Positions 35,961-52,862 of a stretch of 64,000 nucleotides of DNA are shown here, piece after piece. The first letter of the stretch is position 1; each line of letters begins with the position of its first letter. The DNA lies in assembly GCF_009914755.1 (NCBI RefSeq), contig NC_060929.1. One strand, written 5' to 3'. Source of the stretch: the human T2T-CHM13v2.0 reference genome, Homo sapiens. The notes below the pieces were generated by a model. That model made no database searches. It had not been told where the DNA came from and worked only from the letters and a program-made list of their open reading frames with translations. The translations under genes were made by a program, and so were the position numbers.

Positions 35961-37712
35961 CTGAAAAAAAGGTCTAACATTAAAAATATATAAAATTCCA
36001 AAATTAATGCATAAAAATAATATCGTTTTTGTTTTTGGAACAAAAAGAGAAACATACTAAATATAAACATATTAAATTTATGATAAATCCAATGCAATCA
36101 AAAATAAGAAAAAGATGAATAGTTGCTATGTGGAGTTGCGATAATTCAGACCAGTTGGCAAGATGGGTTTGAATATCCCTATGCTATTTTTCAAAGATTA
36201 CAACTCCTTTATAAGTCTTTATAATGTAAAAGAGTTTGTAATTCTCTATTTAAATAATCCAACAAAAGGTATTCACTAAAATGTCACATGAAAGGATGAT
36301 TAAGGCAAATTTTTTCCTGTTAACGCCACTCCAAAAAAGGACTGATATTATAAGAGGGGAAAATTGATTAAAAAAAATGTTTATTTGCAAAAGTCTGTAC
36401 TGTTGTCCAAGAGCGTGACTTTTAATTCTCTGCCACTGACTTATCTGGTGATTTACTGATTTGATACGTACATTAGCAGAAACTGAATTTTCATATTCTA
36501 GCACCCAAACCACATCTACTTTTCCCAAGCCAAAAGGACAGCATCACAGATTTCGTAAATCAAACAGATGGAATGCTACCCAGGAGAACATAGCCACATG
36601 AGCACATAAGCACAAGGAGTTTGGCAATAACATATGACAAAGCAAAGTTAAAAAAAAAAAAAGAGAGAGAAAGAGAGAGAAATCATCCAGCACACATTCA
36701 CTATTTGTCTAAAACAAGTTTTCTATATCCTTTTAGTACAGAATCAATACAGAGTCATATGAAATCTCTAGCAGCAAATATCATGCTGGGTTTCAAGCAA
36801 ATACTGCATCATGAGATCTGAACTGATAATGTCAGACTCATCCTTCCTGGGGAAAAAAAAAATGAAAAGTTCCCAAAAGTTGTATCCATCAGCTGAGTTA
36901 AGAATTGGCCTTTGCCTTCTTTCTTCTTCATTCCTCCGCCTCAATTCATTCCTTTTAGGAATATGTGGGTCATAAAATTTGTGTTAATAACTTCAAGCTG
37001 AAAGAAACTGATCTGTGATTCAGACCTATATTATAATTACGGTAGTTTAAGGCATAAATAAATCCCAATCTACATGATGAAAGTGCATATATTCATTCTT
37101 TCTAGAGCTAAGGAATAGGAATGCATGTGGTGGCTGTCCCTACCCTTTCAGATTTTACTGTGTAAAATTTTACTGCTTTAATTCATCCAGATTTTTATGA
37201 TCACTCATTTCAGGCTTTGGCATACCATGAAAGTTACACATAATTCCCTGAACAGTAGTGTAAGTCCAGCCTGATTCCCACACATTAGTGGACTAGGATA
37301 CTTCTGTGGGAGGCTGCTGATCTAAGTGTTAGAGAAAAACATGTAAGTAATTAATTTCAATAAAGTGTTAAAAGTTCAAGGACATTATAATCAAAACCAA
37401 CAGACTTTCCTATCCCAGCCCACTAAGGAACTTTGGTATGTCTCTTCCCCCACCACCACTCAACCCTATTGTGCAGAAATAAGTCATCAGTGAGCACAGG
37501 AAACTAAGGAATCTGACAGGGATTCAAAATCCATGGAAGCAGGGGGGCTGTGAGAGAACTGGAGGGTGAGAAGAATGGGAAAATAACTAGCTTTAAAAGT
37601 GGTCCTGTGAATTTTGAATTGGATCTCCATTAATTATCTTTGAGAGGCATAAGTAAAGGTTTGAATTAATTTTAATTACATACTTTTGACTGATGAACTC
37701 TTTCTTTCTTCC

Positions 37713-38028
<316 letters not shown>

Positions 38029-38649
38029 TGAATGTGGCAGCATGCTGAGACTGGGCAACATGGAGCCTTTGGAATTTACTCACATTACAAGAGAAATGTA
38101 TTTGGACATTGTCTAGGACATGGTAAAGAGAAAGGGTGGAGAGGAAAAGTCAAGAGGTATAGGCCAGGGTTTAACCATGAGCAGTAGTAGCTCTCAGTCA
38201 CCAGGTTTCTTTTTCTCACTTTCTCTCTACAAAACCTCATATTTTAGTGGATATGTTCTGGGGACACTATCAGGCTAGGAAGAAGCAAAGCCACCTAGAA
38301 GGAAGGATAGTGGCCCTGTTAAGTGTAGGAGGGACTAACTGTGCATATTTGATTGTCCTAATATATCTCAACCAAAGCATGTGTAAGCCTGGCACAATAC
38401 AGTCAGATTTTGTTCTTCTTATGAAAAAATAACCATTCTCTGTAAACTACCAGAAACTTTACCTGGCCTCATAGGAGAGATAAGAAGAAGCTAAAGTTCT
38501 GTGCCTAGAGGAAGCAAAAACTACTAAAATAGGATCCTGGGCATCAGTCTCAGCTGCATTTAATGGTACCAGGAAACTGAAATAATCCTCTTTCTTCTTT
38601 CTTTGACAAGTTTTAGCAGCCCTACACCTTTCTGAAATTTGCCCTTCCC

Positions 38650-41362
38650 ACTTTTTTAGAAATGTATTTATCATGTGCAATATAATGTTTTAGAGTATAT
38701 ATACATTGTGGAATAGTTAAATCTAACTAATTAACAACTGCATTACTTCACATAGTTATCATTTTCATGATGAGAATGCTTAACATCCAATATTTTTGCA
38801 TTTTTCGAGAATGCAATATATGTTCATTAACTATAGTCACTATGCTGTACAACAGATCTCTTGAATGTATTCCTTCTATCTAATTATATTAATATATCCT
38901 TTAACATCTCCCCATCCTCCACTCCACTTAAGCACGACAGCCTTGGGTAACCACCATTCTGCTCTCTAGTACTATGAGTCCAACTTTTTTAGATTCTACA
39001 TATGAGTGAGATCATGTGGTATTTGTCTTTCTATGTCTGGCTTATTTCACTTCGTGTAATGTTCTGTGGGTTCATACATGTTGTCACAAATGACAGAATT
39101 TTCTTCTTTTTATAGTGGAATAGTATTTCAGAGTATGTATATACCACATTTTCTTTCTCCATTTATCTGTTGATGAACAAAAGTTGATTCTCTACCTTGG
39201 CTATTGTGAATAGTGCGGCCATAAACATGGAAGTGTTGATACTCTTCAACGTACTGACTTTATTGCCTTAGTCATTTCTTTGAATAAGCTTTCTACCCCT
39301 TGCTCTTGCTCAACTCCTTCTTGAGTACCAATAATTCTTAGATTTGCTCTTTTGAGGTGAATTTCTATATCTCACAGGCAATCTTCATTCCTTTTCATTC
39401 TATTTTCTCCTCTGACTGCATTTTCAAATAGTTCACTTATTCTTTCTTCTATTTGATCCATTCCGTTAGTTTTTTAAATTATTTCAACCCCTTTGTTAAA
39501 TTTCTCCAATAAAATTCTGAATTGTTTTTCTGTGTTATCCTGGAGATCACTGAGTTTCCTTAAAACTATTTGAATGCTTAGTCATAGAGTTCAAATATTG
39601 CCATCTCTTTAGATTCAGTCGTGGGTACCTTGCTTTGTCTGTTTGAGGAAGTCATGGTTCCTTATTTGCTGCTGTTTCTTGTGGATATACATCTATGTAT
39701 TTGCATTGAATGATTAGTTATTTATTCCAGTCTTCTCTATATGGCTCATGTTGGGGTATATTGGGGATTTTTTGTTTTGTTTGTTTGTTTTAACATATTT
39801 GCTTAGAGTCTTTATATTTTACCTCGTGATTTGTTTTATTTTATTATTTATTTATTTATTTATTTATTTCTGCTAGGTCGCTGCTTCTTTTTCAGCACTA
39901 GATAGCACATTAAACCCAAGTTTGCCTCAGTTCTAGTATACAATCAGAATGCTGCCCATCCAAAATGGGGGAGATTGCAAATTGGTTATCCCAGTAGTGT
40001 AGGAAGGCTGGCTAAGGGTCTCTGCCCAGGCAACCTGTGAAATGAACCTCCTACAACATGTTGCTGCTAACAGTCACTCTGATTTGTCATCTCCTTTGGC
40101 CAAGTTACAGAGCAGAGTTTCTACAGCTGGGGTTGGTAGCCCCACTCCCTACTTTGTCTCTGGCTGTCCTCAGGGATATTTCTCCCTTCAGGCACTCCCA
40201 CTGATTCCCATGGATTGAGACAGGAGAAGATCTCCTGCCAAGGAACCCAGGTGGTGAGGGAGCTCATTGTTCATCTCAATCTTACTTTGTCCAACGTAGA
40301 AACCACGAGTCAGGAAAAATTTTTCCGAGTGCTGGTGCCAGGTAGGTTGGGGAGACAGGCACTGCAGATACGGAACTCCAATTCTCTTACCATCTGCTCA
40401 GTTTTTTTACCTCTCGGTGGCCCCAGGAACTGTTTCCTCATATTAAATTCTGGGCTATTGCTGGTGATACACTCAGCTATGTATATTTGTTTTGGTTTTC
40501 TCAGGGGCAGTGAATCCAGCTTGCTTCTATGCCATCATTATAGAATCAGGAGCTCTTTATTTCATGTCCTTTAGATAGATAGACATTGCTCCCCAGTAGC
40601 AAGATTTCTGGATCTTATCATAATTTTATTTTTAATATTTTGAGGAATCACCATATTGTTTTCCATAGCTGCTGCACCTTTTTACGTTCCTACCAACAGT
40701 GTGGAGGGGTTCCATTTTCTCCACATCCTTGCCAAAACTTGTTATCTTTTGTCTTTTTTATCATAGCCATTCTAACAGGAATTAGGTGATATCTCATTGT
40801 GGCTTCAACTTGCATTTCCCTGATGATTAGTTATGTTGAGCATTTTTTCATGTACCTGTTGGCCATTTGTGTATCTTCTTTTGAGAAATGTCTTTTCAGG
40901 TCTTTTGCCCATTTTTAAATCAACTTACCTGTTTTCTTGCTATAGAGTTTGAGATTTTTATATATTTTGAATATTAACTCCTTGGCAGATTTATCATTTA
41001 CAAATATTTTCTCCCATTCTCCCTGCTGATTCTTTACTGTGCAGAAGCTTTTTAGCTTGACGTAATCCCATTTGTCTGTTTTTGCTTTGGTTGCTTATGT
41101 TTATGCAGTAATACCCGAAAAATCATTACCCAGATCAATGTCATGGAGTTTTTCCCCTATGTTTTCTTCTAGTATCATTGTTTCAGGTCTTAGCTTTTAA
41201 CCCTTTAATTCATTTTGAGTTTATTTTTTATATAGTGTGAGATACTGGTCCAATATCATTCTTCTACATGTGGACATGTAGTTTTCCCAACACCATTTAA
41301 TGAAGAGACTGTCCTTTCACATCATGTGTTTTTCCCCATTGTGTGTTCTTGACACCTTTGTA
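38650..41362 (-). mobile_element. L1MA 3' fragment with a nested L1 5'-end fragment (about 39270-40550)
   Basis: L1MA 3'UTR 38650-39270, resuming near 40555 with ORF2 C-terminus. Confidence 0.78.
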
Positions 41363-41435
41363 ACTCAGGGAAGTGGGCATGCTGGAGTGGATATAATGAA
41401 GGTAATTGGAAGATCCACCAGATGATTATGTTAAA
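41363..41435 (+). mobile_element. ERVL gag fragment (LREVGMLEWI...PPDDYV)
   Basis: Inverted homologue of about 19040-19105. Confidence 0.75.
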
Positions 41436-42149
41436 TATCTTTATTGCTAGCACATAAGAATATGATTAATTTTTGACTGTGGTAAAATATGCATGACATA
41501 AATTTTAACATTTTAATCCTTTGTAAGTGTAAAGTTCAGTGGCAGTAAGTAAATTCACATAGTTGTGCCACCATCATTACCCATCTGCAGAACTTTTTTA
41601 TCTTCCCAATCTGAAACTGTGTACCTATTAAAAAAATAACTCACTAGTCTCTTTCCCATCCTCATTCTCTGAGAACCCTCCTTCTACCTCTGTCTCTATG
41701 AATTGGACTGCTCTAATTTGATTACCTCATGAGAGTAGAATGATATAATATTTGTCCTTTGTGACTAGATTATTTCAATCTTCATAATATCTTCAAGATT
41801 CATCCACGTTGTAGCATGTGTCAGAATTTCTGTCCTTTTTAAGGCTGAATAATATTTCATTGTATGTAATATCACATTTTGTTGCCCATTTATCTTGGGG
41901 TTTCTTTGTTTTGTTCTTTTTTTGACATATTTGCTTAGAGAGTCTTTATACTGATGGACAGTCAGATTGCTTTTGCCTTTTGGCTTTTGTGAATAATGCT
42001 GCTATGAACACGAGTATACAAATATCTGTTTGAGACCCTGCTTTAAATTCTTTTTGGTATATACTCAGAAATGAAATTGCTGTATCATATGGTAATTCCA
42101 TTGTTTAATTTTTCTTTAAATCTTTAATCATGATAAAATGTAATGTAAC

Positions 42150-43174
42150 GGGGGTGGAGCCAAGATGGCCGAATAGGAACAACTCCAGTCTACAGCTCCC
42201 AGCGTGAGTGACACAGAAGACGGGTGATTTCTGCATTTCCAACTGAGGAACCAGGTTGATCTCACTGGGGAGTGTTGGACAGTGGGTGCAGGACAGTGGG
42301 TGCAGCACACCGTGTGTGAGCCAAAGCAGGGTGAGCCATCGCCTCACCCGGGAAGTGCTAGGGGTCAGGGAATTCCCTTTCCTAGTCAAAGAAAGGGATG
42401 ACAGACAGCACCTGGAAAATCAGGTCACTCCCACCCTAATACTGCGCTTTACCAACAGGCTTCACAAACGGCACACCAGGAGATTATATCCTGCACATGG
42501 CTCAGAGGGTCCTACGCCCACGGAGCCTCACTCATTGCTAGCACAGCAGTCTGAGATCAAACTGCAAGGCAGCAGCCAGGCTGCGGGAGGGGCGCCCGCC
42601 ATTGCCAAGGCTTGAGTATGTAAACAAAGCAGCCTGGAAGCTCAAACTAGGTGGAGCCCACCACAGCTCAAGGAGGCCTGCCTGCCTCTGTAGGCTCCAC
42701 CTCTGGGGGCAGGGCACAGACAAACAAAAGGCAGCAGTAACCTCTGCAGACTTAAATGTCCCTGTCTGACAGGTCTGAAGAGAGTAGTGGTTCTCCCAGC
42801 ATGCAGCTGGAGATCTGAGAGCGGGCAGACTGCCTCCTCAAGTGGGTCCCTGAACCCCGAGTAGCCTAACTGGTAGGCACCCCCCAAGTAGGGGCAGAAT
42901 GACACCTCACACAGCCAGGTACTCCTCTGAGACAAAATTTCCAGAGGAATGATCAGGCAGCATCATTTGCGGTTCACCAATATCTGCTGTTCTGCAGCCA
43001 CCGCTGCTGATACCCAGGCAAACAGAGTCTGGAGTGTACCTCCAGCAAACTCCAACAGACCTGCAACTGAGGGTCCTGTTAGAAGGAAAACTAACAAACA
43101 GAAAGGACATGCACACCAAAAACCCATCTGTACGTCACCATCACCAAAGACCAAAGGTAGATAAAACCACAAAG
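42150..43174. promoter_or_regulatory. L1 5'UTR with internal sense and antisense promoters and YY1 site
   Basis: CAAGATGGCCG YY1 motif intact near the 5' end; function inferred from established L1 biology. Confidence 0.7.
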
Positions 43175-44191
43175 ATGGGGAAAAAACAGAGCAGAAAAAC
43201 TGGAAACTCTAAAAATCAGAGTGCTTCTCCTCCTCCAAAGGAATGCAGCTCCTCACCAGCAATGGAACAAAGTTGGATGGAAAATGACTTTGACAAGTTG
43301 AGAGAAGACGGCTTCAGAAGATCAAACTACTCCGAGCTAAAGAAGGAAGTTCGAACCAATGGCAAAGAAGTTAAAAACCTTGAAAAAAAATTAGACGAAT
43401 AGCTAACTAGAATAACCAATGCAGAGAAGTCCTTTAAGGACCTGATGGAGCTGAAAACCACAGCACAAGAACTATGTGATGAATGCACAAGCCTCAGTAG
43501 CCAATGAGGTCAACTGGAAGAAAGGGTATCAGCGATGGAAGATGAAATGAATGAAATGAAGCGAGAAGGGAAGTTTAGAGAAAAAATAATAAAAAGAAAC
43601 AAACAAAGCCTCCAAGAAATATGGGACTATGTGAAAAGACCAAATCTACGTCTGATTGGTGTACCTGAAAGTGATGTGGAGAATGGAACCAAGTTGGAAA
43701 ACACTCTGTAGGATATTATCCAGGAGAACTTCCCCAATCTAGCAAGGCAGGCCAACATTCAAATTCAGGAAACACAGATAACGCCAAAAAGATACTCCTC
43801 AAGAAGAGCAACTCCAAGACACATAATTGTCAGAGTCACCAAAGTTGAAATGAAGGAAAAAATGTTAAGGGCAGCCAGAGAGAAAGGTCGGGTTACCCAC
43901 AAAGGGAAGCCCATCAGACTAACAGCTGATCTCTCGGCAGAAACTCTACAAGCCAGAAGAGAGTGGGGGCCAATATTCAACATTCTTAAAGAAAAGAATT
44001 TTCAACCCAGAATTTCATATCCGGCCAAACTAAGCTTCATAAGTGAAGGAGAAATAAAATACTTTACAGACAAGCAAATGCTGAGAGATTTCGTCACCAC
44101 CAGGCCTGCCCTAAAAGAGCTCCTGAAGGAAGCACTAAACATGGAAAGGAACAAACGGTACCAGCCACTGCAAAAACATGCCAAATTGTAA
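43175..44191 (+). pseudogene. L1 ORF1p, disrupted by premature stops
   Basis: MGKKQSRK...ARREW...YPAKLS...QKHAKL*; first stop at 43400-43402. Confidence 0.93.
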
Positions 44192-44254
44192 AGACCATCG
44201 AGGCTAGGAAGAAACTGCATCAACTAATGAGCAAAATAACCAGCTAACATCATA

Positions 44255-48076
<3,822 letters not shown>

Positions 48077-48954
48077 ACAATGAGAACACATGGACACAGG
48101 AAGGGGAACATCACACCCCGGGGACTGTTGTGGGGTGTGGGGAGGGGGGAGGGGTGTGGGGAGGGGGGAGGGATAGCATTAGGAGATATACCTAATGCTA
48201 AATGACGAGTTAATGGGTGCAGCACACCGACATGGCACATGTATACATATGTAACAAACCTGCACGTTGTGCACATGTACCCTAAAACTTAAAGTATAAT
48301 AATAATAAAATTTTAAAAATGTAATGTAACACGTAATTGACCATCTTAACCATTTTTAAGTTCACAGTTCAATAATTTAAATACATTCATAATGTGCAAC
48401 CATCACTATCATCCATCTTCATAACTCTCCTTGTCTTGTAAAACTAAAACCCCATACTCATTAACAATAACTCCCATTCCTCTTCTGCCCCAGCTCCTGG
48501 AAATCATCCTTCTACTTTCTCTGTCTCTGATTTTGACTACCTTAAGTTCATCATGTAAGTGGAATGATACAGCATTTTTCCATTTGTGACTGATTTATTT
48601 CACTTAATATGTCCTCAAAGTTCCTCCATGTTGTAGCAAATGTCAGAATTTCCTTCCTTTTTCAGGCTGAATAATATTCCATGTATATATCACATTTTGC
48701 TTCTCTGTTCATCCACTGATGGATACTTAAGTTGCTTCCATCTTTTAGCTGAATGTTTGTTATGAAGTGAGTGTACAAATTATCTGTTTGAGGCCGTACT
48801 TTCAGTTCTTTTGAGTATACACCCAGAAGTGAAATTGCTGGATCATGTAGTCATTTGAGTTTTAATTTCTTGAGAAACCACCAAGCTGTCTCTACAGTGG
48901 CTGTATCAATTTATATTTCAACCAGCAGTGCACCTGAGTTCCAATTTGCTTAAT

Positions 48955-49146
48955 CTGTGGCCTCAGCCTCCCAAGTAGCTGGGACCACAGGCACATGCCA
49001 CCATATCTGGCTAATTTTTTTTCATTCGTAAAGATGGGGTCTCCCTATGTTATCTAGGCTTGTCTCAAACTCCTGGGCTTAAGCAATCCTCCCACCTTGG
49101 CCACCCAAAATGCTGGGGTTCAGGCATGAGCCACAGTGCCCAGCCT
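48955..49146 (-). mobile_element. Partial AluJ
   Basis: Left arm plus part of right arm. Confidence 0.82.
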
Positions 49147-49149
49147 TAA

Positions 49150-50370
49150 ACTTTTTTAATGGATTAGTCTCTTATATCATGTAGAAAACACAAAGTGGAG
49201 TAACAAACTGTTGTTACAATAATACTAGCTTTTATAATTGCCCATGTCCTTGGCTTTTAAGTTTGAATATCATGTGTCTTAGTGTGGTTCTCTAGTAAAT
49301 TTTTCATTTTAGTTACTGTAATTTTCATCACCAGAATTTCTTTTGGTTTCTTTTTAGACGTTTTCTCTTTATTTATATTTCTATTTTGTTCATACATCAT
49401 TTTCCTGACTTTCTCCACATATTCCTTAATTCTTTGAACATTCTTTAAGACAAATATTTTAAAGTATTTCTCTAGTAGATTTGCCAAATCAAGTCTTTTT
49501 ATTGGTCAGTTTCTGTTTATTTTTTTCTTTCCTTTGAGTGAGCCATATTTTCCTGTTTCTTTGTACGCCATGTGACTTTTTGGTTGAAAACTGGACATTT
49601 GAATCTAATATTGTGGTAATTCTGGAAATTATACTGTATCTTTTCCCCAGGGCTTGCTGCCTTTTGTTGTTTTTATTATTGTTGTAGGCTATCTCTGTGC
49701 CAAGGATTAAACTTGTGAGGTATAAACTTCACTGAGGTGCAAACTTAAGGTCTTCTCAATTCTTTTCTGAGCCTGCACCTTTCTCTGGGCACGTGCAGTC
49801 ACTTTCTAATTCTCTCTGTATATGCAATTGCTTTTTAATGTCCTAGTCTTTAATGTGTAGCTCCCGAACAAAGAAAAAAAATAAGCAGGGAAAAGGTACC
49901 AGCCCTTTAAATTCCCTGGAAGTTGCTTCAGCCAGAGAGGGAGAGGCTTGCAACAATGTGGGGTGAGAGGAATGCAACCACAATGACTGCCTGCCTCTTT
50001 ATCTGCACCTGTCTGATCAGAAGCAGCAATCAGCAATCAGAGCACAGATCCCCAACATGTGGAGCACGGGGTCCTTTTTGCCCACTCTGGCTCTTGCAAG
50101 TTGTGTGCAGGTTCCTTCAGAAACACATGCATGCCTGCCTGCCATGTAGCTGAGGGGTAGAGAATGAGTAGTTGCAACCTTACTAAGCCAAAATTGACAC
50201 AAATTAACTACAATTTACTATTTAAGCCTTCCCCAGAAAGTTGCAAGCCTTCAATAGACTTCAGACTTCCGAAATAGTTGCATCAGATGATTCTGCCAGT
50301 ACAATTGTTGGTAGGTAGAGAGACAGATTCCTGGTGCATCCTACTCAGCCATCTTCCCAGAACCCTCAGA
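49150..50370 (-). mobile_element. L1M 5'-end fragment
   Basis: Antisense gggaagatggctgagtagg start; ORF1-like aaaactggacatttgaa. Confidence 0.68.
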
Positions 50371-50411
50371 TTTCATGTATTTTCTGTTACATTTCCAGTT
50401 GTTGCCAAAAT

Positions 50412-51378
50412 TCTTTTTTAATTTTACTTTTATGTTCTGGGAGACATGTGCAGAATGTGCAGGTTTTTTACATAGGTATACATGTGCCATGGTGGTTGGC
50501 TGCACCTATCAACCCATCATGTAAGTTTTAAGCCCTGCATGCATTAAGTATCTGTCCTAATGCTCTCCCTCCCCTTGCCCCCCACCCCTGACAGGCCCCG
50601 GTGTGTGATGTTCCCCTCCCTGTGTCCATGTGTTCTCATTGTTCAACTCCCACTTATGAGTGAGAACATGCAGTGTTTGGTTTTCTGTTCCTGTGTTAGT
50701 TTGGTGAGAATGATGGCTTCCAGCTTCATCCATGTCCCTGCAAAGGACATGAACTCAACCTTTTTTAGGGCTGCATAATATTCCGTGGTATATATGTGCC
50801 ACATTTTCTTTATCCAGTCTATCATTGACGGGCATTTGAGTTGGTTCCAAGTCTTTGCTATTGTAAATACTGTTGCAGTAAACATACGTGTGCATGTGTA
50901 TTTATAGTAGAATGATTTATACTCCTTTGGGTATATACCCAGTAATGGGATTGCCGGGTCAAATGGTATTTCTGGTTCTAGATCCTTGAGGAATCACCAC
51001 ACTGTCTTCCACAATGGTTGAACTAATTTACACTCCCACCAACAGTGTAAACACATTCCTATTTCTCCACAGCCTCACCAGCATCTGTGATTTCCTGACT
51101 TTTTAATAATCACCATTCTGACTGGCATGAGATGGCATCTCATTGTGTTTTTTATTTGCATTTCTCTAATGACCAGTGATGATGAGCTTTTTTTCATGTT
51201 TATTGGCCGCATAAATGTCTTCTTTTGAGAAGTATCTGTTCATATCCTTTGCCCACTTTTTGATGGGGTTATTTTTCTCTTGTAAATTTGTTTAAGTTCC
51301 TTGTAGAATCTGGATATTATCCCTTTATCAGAGGGATAGATTGCAAAATTTTTCTCCCATTCTGTAGGTTGCCTGTTC
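50412..51378 (-). mobile_element. L1PA7/8-like 3' fragment
   Basis: Antisense 3'UTR and ORF2 end (TWMKLEAIILTKLTQEQKTKHC). Confidence 0.9.
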
Positions 51379-51379
51379 T

Positions 51380-51716
<337 letters not shown>

Positions 51717-51929
51717 TGAAAACTTAATTTTAATATTCATTTCCATTTTGCTTTTAGGAAAAAAAAGCTAACAGATTTTACAGAACCTTTTAAATTTTTT
51801 CTTAAAAAGAAATGAAAAGCACACTACATTACCATTCATGTTCTTTCTACTTTTAAACTTTGTCAGACTTTGATGTTTTAAACCTTTCATAAGCAAAAGT
51901 GAGTCATAGCACTATAATCAAGTTAATAC

Positions 51930-52138
51930 CTGACTCCTTCTTGATATCAAGGGGTTTCTCTTGTGCAATTAGCTTCACCTGAAGTGGAGTCAGTAGGTGG
52001 GAATGGAGGTGTACAGCTCTTTGTTCACTCTGATTAACAAGTTCCACTTCCCAACAGTTTCTTGAGAAACCCAGTAAATTATCAAGACCAGTCAAAGTTC
52101 TAGTCCATTCACATCAACATTAGTGGAATTCCTGCGCT
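51930..52138 (-). pseudogene. Candidate 209-nt exon, possibly a frameshifted coding exon of an unidentified gene
   Basis: Minus strand tgtttcttttggttag|AGCGCAGG...GAAGGAGTCAG|gtatta. Non-repeat, codon-like sequence with an open frame of ~60 codons to the donor. Confidence 0.35.
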
Positions 52139-52364
52139 CTAACCAAAAGAAACATATCAAATGATCTACAAGCATTTAAGGAAAGAGCCTCTACTGTCAA
52201 CCACTCTTTTAAAGACCAACAGGATCAAGTGAAATGACAAAGCCAGCTCTTAGTCTGAGACATCATCAAATGGGGCTAGACATACAAATAGTACTTAATG
52301 GTTGATCCTCCCTCTCTCTCCTTTCCTGCTTCTGTCACTCTCCCGCCTACCATCTTTCTCAATC

Positions 52365-52862
52365 TGTGTAAGTTTCCTATGGCTACTGTAACAAGTTACC
52401 ACAAAGTTAGTGGCTTAAAACAACACAAATGTACTATGTTACAGAAGATCAAAGTGGGTCTCACTGGTCTATAATCAATGTGTCATCAAGGCTGCATTCC
52501 TCCCAGAGCCTCTGTGGAGAATCTGTTTCCTTGCCTTTTCCCACTTCCAGATGTCATCTGGATTCTTTGGCTTGCAGCCTTTTCTGCATCTTTGAATAAA
52601 TGATCACAACACTTTGACCACTGCTTTCATCATCACATCTCCTTCTCTGACTCTGACAGACTCCTTGAACTCTCTCTTCTATTTTCAAGGACCCTTGTGA
52701 TTACATTGGGCCCACCCAGATATCCAGAATAATCTCCCCATTATTAGCAACTGTAATTTCATCTACAACTATAATATCCTTTTCCATGTAATTTAACATG
52801 GTCACAGGTTCCGGAAATTAGCATGTAGACATATTTGAGGGGCCATTATTCTTCCTACCACA
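52365..52862 (-). mobile_element. MLT1C/D solo LTR
   Basis: ttaccacaaagttagtggcttaaaacaacac...ggggccattattcttcctaccaca. Confidence 0.85.
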
